Source: Candidatus Nomurabacteria bacterium
Lineage (GTDB): Bacteria > Patescibacteriota > Minisyncoccia > Phycocordibacterales > UBA918
DNA: 64,000 bases
NCBI GenBank assembly: GCA_020632015.1
Contig: JACKGI010000002.1
Coordinates: 155,121-219,120, forward strand
Reading direction: 5' to 3'
In this document: piece after piece, positions 38,622-48,410 of the stretch
How the letters are laid out: every line of letters starts with the position of its first letter
How positions within the stretch are numbered: position 1 is the stretch's first letter
Notes under the pieces: model-generated
The model's database searches: none
Told to the model about the DNA's origin: nothing
What the model saw: only the letters and a program-made list of their open reading frames with translations
Made by a program: the position numbers and the translations under genes

Positions 38622-39929
38622 TTAAATATACTTTAGGAAATCTCCATAACCTTCTGCCTCCATTTCTGACTTTGGAACAAATCGCAGAGACGCACCATTC
38701 ATACAATATCTGAGACCAGTACTATCCTTGGGCCCATCTGTAAAAACATGACCTAAGTGATTGTCTGCAATTGCTGAACGAATCTCAATTCTAGTAGTAA
38801 AGAGTTTTTTATCCTCGTGTTCTGTAACAGCATTACTAGTGATTGGTCTAACAAACGAAGGCCAACCTGTACCTGAATCAAATTTATCCTTTGAAGAAAA
38901 CAGTGGTTCACCGGACAAGATGTCTACGTAAATCCCATCTTCCCAGTTTTTATCTAGAGGGCTAGAGCCTGATTTTTCTGTCCCTTCATCTTGTGTAACT
39001 TTGAACGAAAGTTCATCTAATTGATTCTTAAGGCTTTCTTTATTTGGTTTTTGATAATTACTCCACATATATGTTTTGTTATTAGCTTGCTCATTCCTCC
39101 ACGGCAATTCTGAACTATGGTCATTAACACCCCAATACTTCTTTATTAAATCATCTCTACCTGAGGCATTACGATAATATCCGTACTTCAGTCTTGTTAA
39201 TGCACCTTTGTAGTAATCTTGATGACTATCTTCAGCTCGCCAAAACTCTGCCCGAGGTTCGACATCTATTGCTAATGGCTTGTCGTAAGGCCCGAACTCA
39301 TCGACTTCTTTAATTAGATTCTCGATTATTTCCCTCTGTTCGTCATTCTCGTAATAAAATGCTGATGAATATTTATCACCTCTATCAGCAAATGTACCGT
39401 CATCATCAGTTGGATCAGTTGTCTTCATGGTAACAATCAAAATATCTTCGAAAGAAACCTGATTGGCGTCATAAGTCACTTCAACCACTTCACGATGTCC
39501 TCCACTTCCGTAAGTTTTATATGTTGGGTTATCAGTCTTTCCACCAGAGTATCCAGACACAACCTCAATCACCCCATGAACTTTCTCTAAATCAGCTTCC
39601 ACACACCAAAAACATCCACCCGCCACAATCATCGTTTTAATATCTGCAGTTACGTCAGATTCTTGTGTGTCTATGGATGACATTTCTTCTACCTCCACAG
39701 CATCCGGAAGAAGCTGTGTTTGAGACGAAGGTGAAGCAGATTCTTCCTCCTCTTCCTCTACGGCAATATCGAAATCAGACACATCATTCTCTGCCACTGG
39801 TAGCACTTCGGTTTCAAGTCTAATCTCTTCAGCTACCGGCATTGTCTCCATTTCAATAACTTCAGGTTCACCGAACCCGAAAAATGTTGCTATTGAAAGA
39901 AAAAGACTGCTTAAAAAATTCATACTCAA
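38622..39929 (-). CDS. msrAB: Bifunctional methionine sulfoxide reductase MsrA/MsrB with an N-terminal anchor and acidic linker
   Basis: GGCFWCVEA (MsrA), and GTGWPSF plus RYCMNGASL (MsrB). Confidence 0.9.
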   Translation of the reverse strand: MSMNFLSSLFLSIATFFGFGEPEVIEMETMPVAEEIRLETEVLPVAENDVSDFDIAVEEEEEESASPSSQTQLLPDAVEVEEMSSIDTQESDVTADIKTMIVAGGCFWCVEADLEKVHGVIEVVSGYSGGKTDNPTYKTYGSGGHREVVEVTYDANQVSFEDILIVTMKTTDPTDDDGTFADRGDKYSSAFYYENDEQREIIENLIKEVDEFGPYDKPLAIDVEPRAEFWRAEDSHQDYYKGALTRLKYGYYRNASGRDDLIKKYWGVNDHSSELPWRNEQANNKTYMWSNYQKPNKESLKNQLDELSFKVTQDEGTEKSGSSPLDKNWEDGIYVDILSGEPLFSSKDKFDSGTGWPSFVRPITSNAVTEHEDKKLFTTRIEIRSAIADNHLGHVFTDGPKDSTGLRYCMNGASLRFVPKSEMEAEGYGDFLKYI

Positions 39930-39989
39930 TATTAAATGTTAAGTTTACTATACATACTTATACTCATCAGAGTAATAAATATTTCAAAC

Positions 39990-40520
39990 TTATTTTGGTC
40001 CGCATGCACAAACCATCTTTTCTCCACAAGATTCGCACCAGTCTTCTACATCAGTCTCGTTTACAGCTGTCGATTTAACAGTATCGACTAAACCGTTTTT
40101 GTAGCCTTCTTGTACCCTTAACAAAACATTCACCGAGTGGCCCAACTTATCAATAGCTCTTAGTTCTGCGACTCTCTTCCTGTAATCAGGAATTGTTTCT
40201 CCTAGTAAACCCCAAAAAACTTGCCCGTGATTCAATTCTTTCAAGTGACAAAGTTCGTGGACAATTATGTAATCCTGAAGATGTGGAGGGAGAAACTGAA
40301 TTTTGTAGTTAAAATTCAAATTCTTTAACGAAGTACAACTCCCCCAACATCGTCTTTGATTACGAATCGCTACTCGATTCCACTTGAGACCGTAGTGCCG
40401 ATTAAAGAAAGCTAGGCGCGCGAGCACAAGCTCGCGCGCCCTCTCCTTATTCTCCAAGTAATGCTTAGTAACACTACTACCCCGCTTTCGTCTAACTTTC
40501 ACTCTCCGCCATTTCCACAT
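39990..40520 (-). CDS. M48/YgjP-like (DUF45) zinc metallopeptidase
   Basis: WGSCTS...NFNYK...HELCHLKELNH..FW signature, with a Cys-rich C-terminal tail. Confidence 0.8.
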   Translation of the reverse strand: MWKWRRVKVRRKRGSSVTKHYLENKERARELVLARLAFFNRHYGLKWNRVAIRNQRRCWGSCTSLKNLNFNYKIQFLPPHLQDYIIVHELCHLKELNHGQVFWGLLGETIPDYRKRVAELRAIDKLGHSVNVLLRVQEGYKNGLVDTVKSTAVNETDVEDWCESCGEKMVCACGPK

Positions 40521-40521
40521 A

Positions 40522-42222
40522 CTAAAACACCACCTGCCCTTCCTCCAGCCAATACTGCATACGCGCTAATCGCACCAAGGTGTAATCGTACTCCTCGTTT
40601 GCTGCTTCATAGATTGGCTTTAATTTTTCAGTACCATATTTATCCATCGCAGCATTGAGTGTTTGCCTAGCCATGTTCCAGTCAATATCTGTCGGCTCGA
40701 AGTGTTTGATTTGCTCAGCGGTGAGCTCTTTATCTTCAACCAATCTCTCGATATGTGTCCAGACAGTTGTCTCAGTCAGACCTCGTAAATCTGAAATATC
40801 CTTAATCCCCCGTCCTTCAAGTATTAAATCTTTAGTGACAGCATATGTACTTTCCGCTTGAACTCTCTGCGACCCAACCTTTACCATTCCAACCTCGTCA
40901 TCACTTGGTAGTTTACCTCCGTGAGAAACCACAAATCGCTCGTGCATTTCCAAGACCTCTTTATCTTCCATTTCAATAAAAGCATCTTCTGCCATTTCTG
41001 CCTCTTTATGAAACTTAGAGTCTTGCATGATGACCTTTGGGTCGACCTGGAGAGCATTTGGGTGCATACCAAGCACCTTAAGCCCATCTAGTGAACGTAC
41101 TCGAGAAAGAGCAACGTAGCCTTGTCCATAAACAAAAGCCTTTGATAAGTCTATTTCTGCAGCATCAAGCGACATCCCTTGACTCTTATGGACAGTAATC
41201 GCCCAAGCAAGACGCAATGGAAGCTGTTCAATTGAAGCTAGGATTTTTCCGTCTTCTGCCATCTCCCAAGTTGTGGTCTTCATTAGTATTTCTTTTCCTT
41301 CAGTGGTCTCAATCACTGGGTAACCTTCGTCAAAGCGAACAACCCTTCCCAAGGTTCCGTTTACATATCCTGCTTCAAAGTTATTTTTGGTACACATGAC
41401 CATAGCGTCTTCTTTTAACTCGAGGAGTTCAGGAGAGAGACAGTTTTTAGCCAGACCTTCTATCAAAGGCTTTCTTCCCTTTCCTTGCATCTGGAATTTG
41501 TAAACCTTCCCCGGTAGCTGAGCCAGTTTGGCGGAGTTCACAGCATCCACGTCAGCATTGTGCGTATACAGACGAGTAGGCTCAATCTGCTCATAAGCAA
41601 TTTCTTTTTGCTCATTGAGTAATGTGTAATGTTCCTCTTCGATTTCATTTCGTCGAATCGAACCAAGTAGTCCAAGAAGCATTTCGTCATCTTGTCGATA
41701 TTGCTCAGTTATATAACAAACCAAAGGCTTCATATTGAGCCAAGCATTACTCTCAAACGCATAGCGCATCATATCTCCCTGACGAGTAACTGGTGGAAGC
41801 TGAAAAAAATCTCCAATACAAACTACCTGCAGTCCACCAAATGGCTCTGGTTTTTGTAGAACAGTTCTCAAAATCTGATCAACCATGTTGAGCCCTCGAC
41901 CGTCCAACATAGAAATTTCATCAATCACAAGAACATGAGCCTTTTTCATTCGCTTAACCAACCTCTCTCGGCCAGCAATTTGCTCCAAATCGTAAGGAGT
42001 CAATTCACCCTTAATACCGAAACCACTCCAAGAATGAATAGTCATTCCACCGATGTGTGTCGCCGCTATACCAGTCGAAGCAGTCACCGCAACATTTAGC
42101 CCGGCAGCTTCCAACCACGCTACATATTTATTAATCACATACGTCTTTCCCGCCCCTGGTTCTCCAGTCAAGAATACATTTGCTCCCGTCTTCAGAATAT
42201 CTAACGCTCTTTCTTGTGTCAT
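40522..42222 (-). CDS. PIF1/RecD-like SF1 helicase with a C-terminal HTH region
   Basis: Walker A GEPGAGKT, VIDEISM, GDFFQLPPV and ITVHKSQG. Confidence 0.8.
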   Translation of the reverse strand: MTQERALDILKTGANVFLTGEPGAGKTYVINKYVAWLEAAGLNVAVTASTGIAATHIGGMTIHSWSGFGIKGELTPYDLEQIAGRERLVKRMKKAHVLVIDEISMLDGRGLNMVDQILRTVLQKPEPFGGLQVVCIGDFFQLPPVTRQGDMMRYAFESNAWLNMKPLVCYITEQYRQDDEMLLGLLGSIRRNEIEEEHYTLLNEQKEIAYEQIEPTRLYTHNADVDAVNSAKLAQLPGKVYKFQMQGKGRKPLIEGLAKNCLSPELLELKEDAMVMCTKNNFEAGYVNGTLGRVVRFDEGYPVIETTEGKEILMKTTTWEMAEDGKILASIEQLPLRLAWAITVHKSQGMSLDAAEIDLSKAFVYGQGYVALSRVRSLDGLKVLGMHPNALQVDPKVIMQDSKFHKEAEMAEDAFIEMEDKEVLEMHERFVVSHGGKLPSDDEVGMVKVGSQRVQAESTYAVTKDLILEGRGIKDISDLRGLTETTVWTHIERLVEDKELTAEQIKHFEPTDIDWNMARQTLNAAMDKYGTEKLKPIYEAANEEYDYTLVRLARMQYWLEEGQVVF

Positions 42223-42317
42223 GCGAGTAAGAATACCATAGACCTCAAATCCTTGACCAAAACCGTTAAAATGGTAACTTCAGTAGTAGGCAAACAGCAC
42301 ACAACGAGGTATTTGAA

Positions 42318-42815
42318 ATGAAGAAAATCGCAGATTTTTCCTTGGAAGAGCTTCTGGTTGCGTCCATCTCTGACAAAAATGATCCAGTTTGTGGTACTGG
42401 AGAACACTACCCAATTTACAACGAGGTAACACACGGAGAACAACATTTTTATCTACCACGCATCGCCAGAAACATTTACACGTATGAAGTTGCTACCTTG
42501 GATGAAATTGAGGAGCTTTCCATTAAGTTGAATATCTTACCTGGAGATGCTTCCATCGAAGTAGGAGACGAGATCGGGTTCACCATTTCTGAACTAATGG
42601 TTAAGTATGCGGCATTAAAAAACAACAGAAACTGGTTCATAACCCAAATGTTGATGCTTAATGAAACTGATGTTTGGGAGGAAGACTTGAAATACTCAGA
42701 GGAGGAAATAGACTACGAGATTTTTTCCAATTGGATATTTACTATAGTTTGCTGTTCAGAGGATAGTATTCCTGGGGAAAATGTTCTCGAAGAAAAACCT
42801 TTGATTCTCAACTAG
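42318..42815 (+). CDS. Acidic protein, unknown function
   Basis: 165-aa ORF followed by a terminator hairpin at 42831-42864. Confidence 0.5.
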   Translation: MKKIADFSLEELLVASISDKNDPVCGTGEHYPIYNEVTHGEQHFYLPRIARNIYTYEVATLDEIEELSIKLNILPGDASIEVGDEIGFTISELMVKYAALKNNRNWFITQMLMLNETDVWEEDLKYSEEEIDYEIFSNWIFTIVCCSEDSIPGENVLEEKPLILN

Positions 42816-42989
42816 AACCAAATAACCACAGACCCGTGCCAAACATTCTGATACGGGTCTTTTCTATGCTTGACTAAGACAACAAAAGTAGTACTTTAAA
42901 TTTAGTGACCAAGCACCTTTTCTTGGTGTAAGTGTTAAAATTAAATATCGACACACCATCTTTAAACGCTCACTAATAACGAGGCAATC

Positions 42990-43196
42990 GTGATGAAGAA
43001 GAAGCTGGATAGTGAATCTGAACCTAGGCTGAATCTAAGTATTCCAATGGACATTCCGAGATACGATGAATTCTTAGAGCAACTAGCTGACTTGCTTTCA
43101 TCGCACGATTTAGTTTATGAGAGCGATTCTCCTTTGTTTGTAGATAGGAGTTATTTTCCAAGAAGTGAACCGTTGAGCCAACGCGTATTGCATTAA
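42990..43196 (+). CDS. Small protein, unknown function
   Basis: 68-aa ORF followed by the terminator GGCGCAC-TGACAA-GTGCGCC-CTTTTT at 43211-43236. Confidence 0.35.
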   Translation: MMKKKLDSESEPRLNLSIPMDIPRYDEFLEQLADLLSSHDLVYESDSPLFVDRSYFPRSEPLSQRVLH

Positions 43197-43330
43197 AAAA
43201 GAAAACCTATGGCGCACTGACAAGTGCGCCCTTTTTAAACCTGACGAATAAAACGCAACCTACCACTTACTCTTTCTTTACCTGTGAAAAACAATTAAAG
43301 AAAAATTTTCTTGCATGTATACTATAGGTA

Positions 43331-45187
43331 ATGCCACGTTCTTCGGTAACAACGAAACGAGGAGGTTCTACTAAGCGCCCTGTTAAAAAGGTGGCGACTA
43401 AAAAAACCACTCGGAAAAAAACTCCAATTAAAAAAGCCTCTGCTGTGCTTATCAAACAGGCTTCCAAAAAAGTTCAAAAAACTGACGGTATTAAACGCAA
43501 TCCTTTAGGACATCTACTCTTAGAAAAAATGCTTCGTGAAGCTGGATTCCGTGGAGGTATTTCAACCAAGAAAGAACTTCTCGAAGCGTACAGCTACGAT
43601 GAAAGTATTTTTTCAGTTAGACCGCAAGTCGTTATCCAACCCAAGAACCGTAAAGACGTAGAGATTGCAACTTCCGTCGTCGCCGAACAAACCAAACGAT
43701 TCTCTTCACTTTCCCTTACTCCCCGAGCTGCAGGAACTGGCCTTGGTGGTGGATCACTAACTGATTCTATTGTTATTGATGTCTGTGCACACCTAAACAA
43801 AATTGGCGACATCGTAGAAAAGAAAGACAAGATTATTTTTACCTGCGAACCAGGAGCAATGTGGAAGAATGTCGAGAAGAAACTAAAAGAACACAACGCT
43901 TACCTTCCACCATATCCAGCATCTAAAGATATTTGTAGTGTTGGTGGCTCAGTCGCAAACAATGCTGCCGGTCCCGACTCGCTTCGACATGGCCACTGTG
44001 CTGATTGGGTAGAATCAATGGATGTTGTCCTGCACGACGGACACACTTACACCATCAAGCCGCTCACATTGCGAGAATTCAAAATGCTGATTAAGCAAGA
44101 TCATGAGTACGCTAGAATTGCCAAGCAAATTTTTGAACTAATCTCAAAGAACGAGAAAGAAATCAAAAAGAATAAGCCTGAAACAAAGAAAAATAGTGCT
44201 GGCTACCCGCTTTGGAGTGTGATGCCACAAGGAATCGCCAAATTTAAAAAAGGTGAAGGTACTTTTGATTTAACTAGACTTATTTCTGGAAGCCAAGGAA
44301 CCGTTGGAATAATCACCAACCTCACCATGAGGGCCCTACCAATCCCTAAGAACACAACTCTTATTGCGATTCCTATTTTCAACCTTGAAGATGCAGCCGA
44401 TAGTATAGTCAAGGCTCTAAAATTTAATCCTATTAATGTCGAGGTTTTTGATTCACTCACTTTTGATTTGGCTTTACAAAATCCAAGCTTCTTCAAAGAC
44501 CGGCTGTCTACATCGATGTACTACAAAGTTATGCTTTCGATGTATACCACCTACCACGTACGCTTCCGACGAAAGACACCAGAATTCACTGTCTTGGTAA
44601 CGCTAGACGAAGAAACAACAAACCGCACTGAACCATTCACCATCTCACAAAAAATAAGTTCCGGAAAAGTAAAAGCACGAGTTGTCTCAAGCCCTGTTGA
44701 GTCTGAGATGTACTGGCAAATACGTCGAGCTAGTTACACCCTTTCAAAGTTCCAAGATACCTCTAAGCGTCCAGCAGCTTTTCTAGAAGACATGACAGTG
44801 CCTCCTGAAAACCTCTCTAAGTTTTTCATCAAAATTAAAGCTTTACTGAAGGAATTCAATGTAACAGCAGCCGTTCATGGACATGGCGGTAATGGTCATT
44901 TCCACTTCTATCCTTTACTTGATTTCACCAACAAAACAACTCCTGCTCTAGTTGAAAAAATGGCAGAAAAGTTCTTTAGCACAGCAGTTAAATTCCATGG
45001 AAATATTTGCGGTGAACATAACGACGGAATCATTCGTACTCCACATCTAAACAAAATGTTTACAAATAAAATGCTTGATTTGTTTAAACAAGCTGAACAC
45101 CTATTTGACCCTGACGACATCTTTAACCCCGGCAAGAAAGTCAATCCTCGCTTCGACATAAAAGAAACCATAAGAACAAAAAATTAA
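43331..45187 (+). CDS. FAD-binding (GlcD/FAD-linked oxidase family) oxidoreductase with a Lys-rich N-terminal extension
   Basis: FAD_binding_4-like region (VVIQPKNRKDVEIA...PRAAGTGLGGGS) and a C-terminal GEHNDGIIR...DP..IFNPGK. The first 50 aa or so are highly basic. Confidence 0.8.
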   Translation: MPRSSVTTKRGGSTKRPVKKVATKKTTRKKTPIKKASAVLIKQASKKVQKTDGIKRNPLGHLLLEKMLREAGFRGGISTKKELLEAYSYDESIFSVRPQVVIQPKNRKDVEIATSVVAEQTKRFSSLSLTPRAAGTGLGGGSLTDSIVIDVCAHLNKIGDIVEKKDKIIFTCEPGAMWKNVEKKLKEHNAYLPPYPASKDICSVGGSVANNAAGPDSLRHGHCADWVESMDVVLHDGHTYTIKPLTLREFKMLIKQDHEYARIAKQIFELISKNEKEIKKNKPETKKNSAGYPLWSVMPQGIAKFKKGEGTFDLTRLISGSQGTVGIITNLTMRALPIPKNTTLIAIPIFNLEDAADSIVKALKFNPINVEVFDSLTFDLALQNPSFFKDRLSTSMYYKVMLSMYTTYHVRFRRKTPEFTVLVTLDEETTNRTEPFTISQKISSGKVKARVVSSPVESEMYWQIRRASYTLSKFQDTSKRPAAFLEDMTVPPENLSKFFIKIKALLKEFNVTAAVHGHGGNGHFHFYPLLDFTNKTTPALVEKMAEKFFSTAVKFHGNICGEHNDGIIRTPHLNKMFTNKMLDLFKQAEHLFDPDDIFNPGKKVNPRFDIKETIRTKN

Positions 45188-45190
45188 AAC

Positions 45191-45225
45191 AAAGGGCCGG
45201 CGCTTCGCGCCGGCCCTTTTGTTTT
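45191..45225 (+). terminator. Intrinsic terminator
   Basis: AAAGGGCCGGCGC-TTCG-GCGCCGGCCCTTTTGTTTT. Confidence 0.85.
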
Positions 45226-45278
45226 CCCCACCAGTTTGCTATAAATACACACATTACGGAGTATTCTGTATGCACATT

Positions 45279-45350
45279 GGCCCTATCGTCTAACGGCTAG
45301 GACACATGGTTCTCATCCATGAAATCGGGGTTCGATTCCCCGTAGGGTCA
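45279..45350 (+). tRNA. tRNA-Glu (anticodon CUC), CCA not encoded
   Basis: Hand-folded cloverleaf: acceptor GGCCCTA/TAGGGTC, D arm GTCT-AACGGCTA-GGAC, anticodon arm CATGG-TTCTCAT-CCATG, T arm CGGGG-TTCGATT-CCCCG, discriminator A. Confidence 0.9.
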
Positions 45351-47017
45351 CAAATAGCAGAAATACGGTCGTCAAAGGTTTCAAATCCCTTTTTGACCTT
45401 ATATTTCAACACATCTTGCGAAATGTAGAGTTCTGAAAATATAACTTTCACAATCTTCTCTTTTTCGTGTGGATTAGCAAAATCGTAAACGGGCACAACG
45501 TTTTTTAGAAGTTCTGAAAGTGTCACTACATCTTTCACCATTTCTCGCATTGCTTCATCAGATACTTCTTCATCTGTCTTGAGTTGTTTGAGGTCAGCTT
45601 CTAGTTTCTGTTCTTCTACAATAAACGTTTCTGGAGTGTAGACACCACTTTGCAGTAGTGATAAACGGTTAGACCGCAAGTACGCCATATTTTCTCGTAT
45701 CTTCTTTTTCTTGCGTTCTACAACATTCAGCTCCTTATGACGCTTTTCTTCTAGTAGTGAAATATCTGTACTCGCACGAGCGTCTAGTTGAGCAAGCTCA
45801 TCATCAGTGAAATACAGCCCCTCAATGAACGCTTTGATTTTTTCAGCGATTTGGTCAATGTTGCAGTTTTTCATTTTATTCTCACAACCTTTGATACATC
45901 GAGCATTGAAGTATAGATGTCCTTTCTTCTCATACGGTGTATATACACGTTCACAATACGCACAGCGAACAACACCACGCAATGGGTGGTCGAGTTTTTC
46001 AGTGTAGTGCACGCTCACTTTTTTCTTACTCAAAAGTGACTGCACTTGATTGAATACCTCATCACTCACCAGAGCTTCGTGACTGGTGCTTTCAATATAA
46101 TCACCGTCTGGTCCTTTTACCCGACCAGTATAAAATCTGCTCGTTAGAATACGGCTGATGTGGTTTTCAGTGACAGGACGTGATACTTTCTCAATCGTTT
46201 CAGTACTCTCACTCTCATCGGCGAGTATCTCTGCCTTACTACGTCGTCTCCGCATTGGGACCGTCGTAAAACCTTGCTCCATAGCGTGTCGAGCAACGTC
46301 AGCTAAACTCCAGTCACCAGTTGCGTACAACTCAAACATTTCAGCAATGATAGGACCTCTTACGGGGTCTATTGGCTTGTGGTCCATACTACCCTCATTG
46401 AGATACCCGATTGGAGCACGGTACGTACACTTGCCTTTCTGACGGCTATTTTTAGTGCTCAACGTTACTTTCTCACTCGTTACTCGTGAGTGGTGTTGTG
46501 AGAACATACTGTCGATATCCATATGCAGTTCACCAGCACTACTTTTATCGTAGTTCGCATACACAAATCGCACATCAACACCGTTACGCATCAACTTACG
46601 GATGATAGTATCGTCACCTTTATTACGACTGATACGGTCCCAGCAAAGACATATAATCCCTTTGAAGTACCCTCTACTCAAATGTTGAAGTAGTTGCTGA
46701 AACTTTGGTCGGTCAATCCGATACTGAACCATTCCATTTGAGATATATAGCTCATCGTCTTCTTTGAAACCAGAGTGCTTTTCAGACACAACACCACTGG
46801 TACAAAAACCAGTGAGTGTGATTTGAGCTATTTTGAAGTTGTTTCGTTTAGCAAAGCTGGCGTTTTCAGTTCGCTGATACGAAATAGAGTTTTTCTGGTT
46901 ATCAGCTTCATCAGTGCTCTTGCGATTGTAAATGAGGTAACAGTCACGGTACTTACCGTTTACCACATCTTTCAGGATATCTTTTTCTGACTGTGTTTTA
47001 CTCATTTTCATTTTCAT
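45290..47017 (-). CDS. Large serine recombinase (integrase)
   Basis: N-terminal resolvase catalytic domain (IYNRKSTDE...SISYQ, WDRISRN), a recombinase domain, a Cys-rich zinc-ribbon region (CAYCERVY...CIKGCE) and a coiled coil. The last 20 codons or so read through attL and antisense into the tRNA. Confidence 0.85.
   Translation of the reverse strand: MKMKMSKTQSEKDILKDVVNGKYRDCYLIYNRKSTDEADNQKNSISYQRTENASFAKRNNFKIAQITLTGFCTSGVVSEKHSGFKEDDELYISNGMVQYRIDRPKFQQLLQHLSRGYFKGIICLCWDRISRNKGDDTIIRKLMRNGVDVRFVYANYDKSSAGELHMDIDSMFSQHHSRVTSEKVTLSTKNSRQKGKCTYRAPIGYLNEGSMDHKPIDPVRGPIIAEMFELYATGDWSLADVARHAMEQGFTTVPMRRRRSKAEILADESESTETIEKVSRPVTENHISRILTSRFYTGRVKGPDGDYIESTSHEALVSDEVFNQVQSLLSKKKVSVHYTEKLDHPLRGVVRCAYCERVYTPYEKKGHLYFNARCIKGCENKMKNCNIDQIAEKIKAFIEGLYFTDDELAQLDARASTDISLLEEKRHKELNVVERKKKKIRENMAYLRSNRLSLLQSGVYTPETFIVEEQKLEADLKQLKTDEEVSDEAMREMVKDVVTLSELLKNVVPVYDFANPHEKEKIVKVIFSELYISQDVLKYKVKKGFETFDDRISAICDPTGNRTPISWMRTMCPSR
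45333..45355 (+). repeat. Left junction direct repeat (attL core; part of the intact tRNA-Glu)
   Basis: CGATTCCCCGTAGGGTCACAAAT, identical to 62775-62797. Confidence 0.85.
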
Positions 47018-47174
47018 TTATTTTGACAATCTTGCTATCTACCATAGCGTAGCCCTCACGCTTCATTCGTAAAAAGATTATCTTGAGCACATCTCCCAGT
47101 TCTTCCATAGCATCCAGTGTATCGCTCGACAGAGTAGTGTCTTGCTCCACTGATGCGGAGTGTACTGTCTCCAT
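46998..47174 (-). CDS. Possible small acidic protein (58 aa), translationally coupled on both sides
   Basis: Its ATG overlaps the TAA of the upstream ORF (TAATG at 47176-47172), and its 3' end overlaps the recombinase start region. Below the ORF-track size cutoff. No motif. Confidence 0.3.
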   Translation of the reverse strand: METVHSASVEQDTTLSSDTLDAMEELGDVLKIIFLRMKREGYAMVDSKIVKINENENE

Positions 47175-48361
47175 TATACCAAGAGATTGTGCAAGTATTG
47201 GCGAGTAATCAGCTGGTATTCTTCTAGCTGACCGTCTACAAACGCTACTCCGTTTGAGTATGGAAGTTCTTGTGTCAGCTCTGATGCTAGCTGTATTTTC
47301 TTATTCAGTCGCTCTGGATGCTTTGGGTTCCAGTGTTTGAACATCAGACGTTTGAACTCTTTAGCTCCGTGGTCACGAACGATTTGAGTTAGTCCATACG
47401 CAATCAAAGCGTGGTTCATACTGTGAGCACCACCGCTGGCTTTAGCTTTCTCTACAATGTGCTGTAACACTTTGAAGTTATCGGTTGGACCCATTAGAGC
47501 CAGTTGATTTTCTGGCTTACCCACCAACTCACGCCACGACTGTAATAGAACTTTTTGGTGTAAGTCAGTTGTAAACACATCTTTGAACGTGATATATGTT
47601 TTGGGTTTTTGTTCTAGAGCCGCATTGATAATGCGTTCTACGGTTTGGGTCTTTTTGATGCGATATTCGTAACGAAATATCTCATTATCGTGCAGACCAT
47701 ACTCATCAATGATGGTACGCTCATAATCCATCTGACCCTTATCTTTACGTTTGTTTTTGGTGCGTATAGCGTCAGTAACCTTGTCATAGAATACTCGCTC
47801 CACAACACCAGAGTAGATGTGCAGTATTTGACCACCGTTCTTGGTTTCTTTAGTGGTCACGTCCACTGTTTTGTTTATATCTACTCGTTGCAAATCCGCA
47901 AGCACATCCTGTAACAAAATATGTTTTGGTAGAAAGACATTTTTACAGAAATGCACGGCTGATACACGAGCATCCATTAGGTTCTTTTTCTCAATCTGAA
48001 TACCAGCTTGAGAAAGCGTGTATTGCAGTACTGACACAACCTTTGCAAAGTCAGTGTGTGACACCTCTTGCACACTGTTGCCGTACAGTAGTTTGGGTGC
48101 TGAAAACGTGATAATCATCACATACTTCACTTGCTTGTTTTCACGGTCAAGTGTTTCGAGTACATCTACTTGTGGAATGTATTTACCTTGTGGGGGTGGC
48201 TGTAGATGAAATCGTCGTAAGTAGTTACGGACTGGCGGTTGCTTTTGTTCGTTGGGTGTCAGGTCTTTATACTCACGCTTATTTATTTCAGGCAGAAACC
48301 AATCGTGTTTCTGTATCTTGAACTTGTGAGGACCGTATAGTTTGAGAATAACTGTATCCAT
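47174..48361 (-). CDS. Island core protein, unknown function (395 aa)
   Basis: Long ORF in the same operon-like block as the recombinase. No motif I can name. Confidence 0.6.
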   Translation of the reverse strand: MDTVILKLYGPHKFKIQKHDWFLPEINKREYKDLTPNEQKQPPVRNYLRRFHLQPPPQGKYIPQVDVLETLDRENKQVKYVMIITFSAPKLLYGNSVQEVSHTDFAKVVSVLQYTLSQAGIQIEKKNLMDARVSAVHFCKNVFLPKHILLQDVLADLQRVDINKTVDVTTKETKNGGQILHIYSGVVERVFYDKVTDAIRTKNKRKDKGQMDYERTIIDEYGLHDNEIFRYEYRIKKTQTVERIINAALEQKPKTYITFKDVFTTDLHQKVLLQSWRELVGKPENQLALMGPTDNFKVLQHIVEKAKASGGAHSMNHALIAYGLTQIVRDHGAKEFKRLMFKHWNPKHPERLNKKIQLASELTQELPYSNGVAFVDGQLEEYQLITRQYLHNLLV

Positions 48362-48410
48362 AGTCGTATTCGTTGTTGTAGGTGTTTTTCAAGGAAACCT
48401 CTGTGTCTGT

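Noticed and set aside
42219-42446. 75-aa minus-strand ORF between the helicase and the 42318 ORF
   Set aside because: It overlaps the start of the plus-strand 165-aa ORF and the helicase stop region, has hydrophobic low-complexity translation and no RBS.
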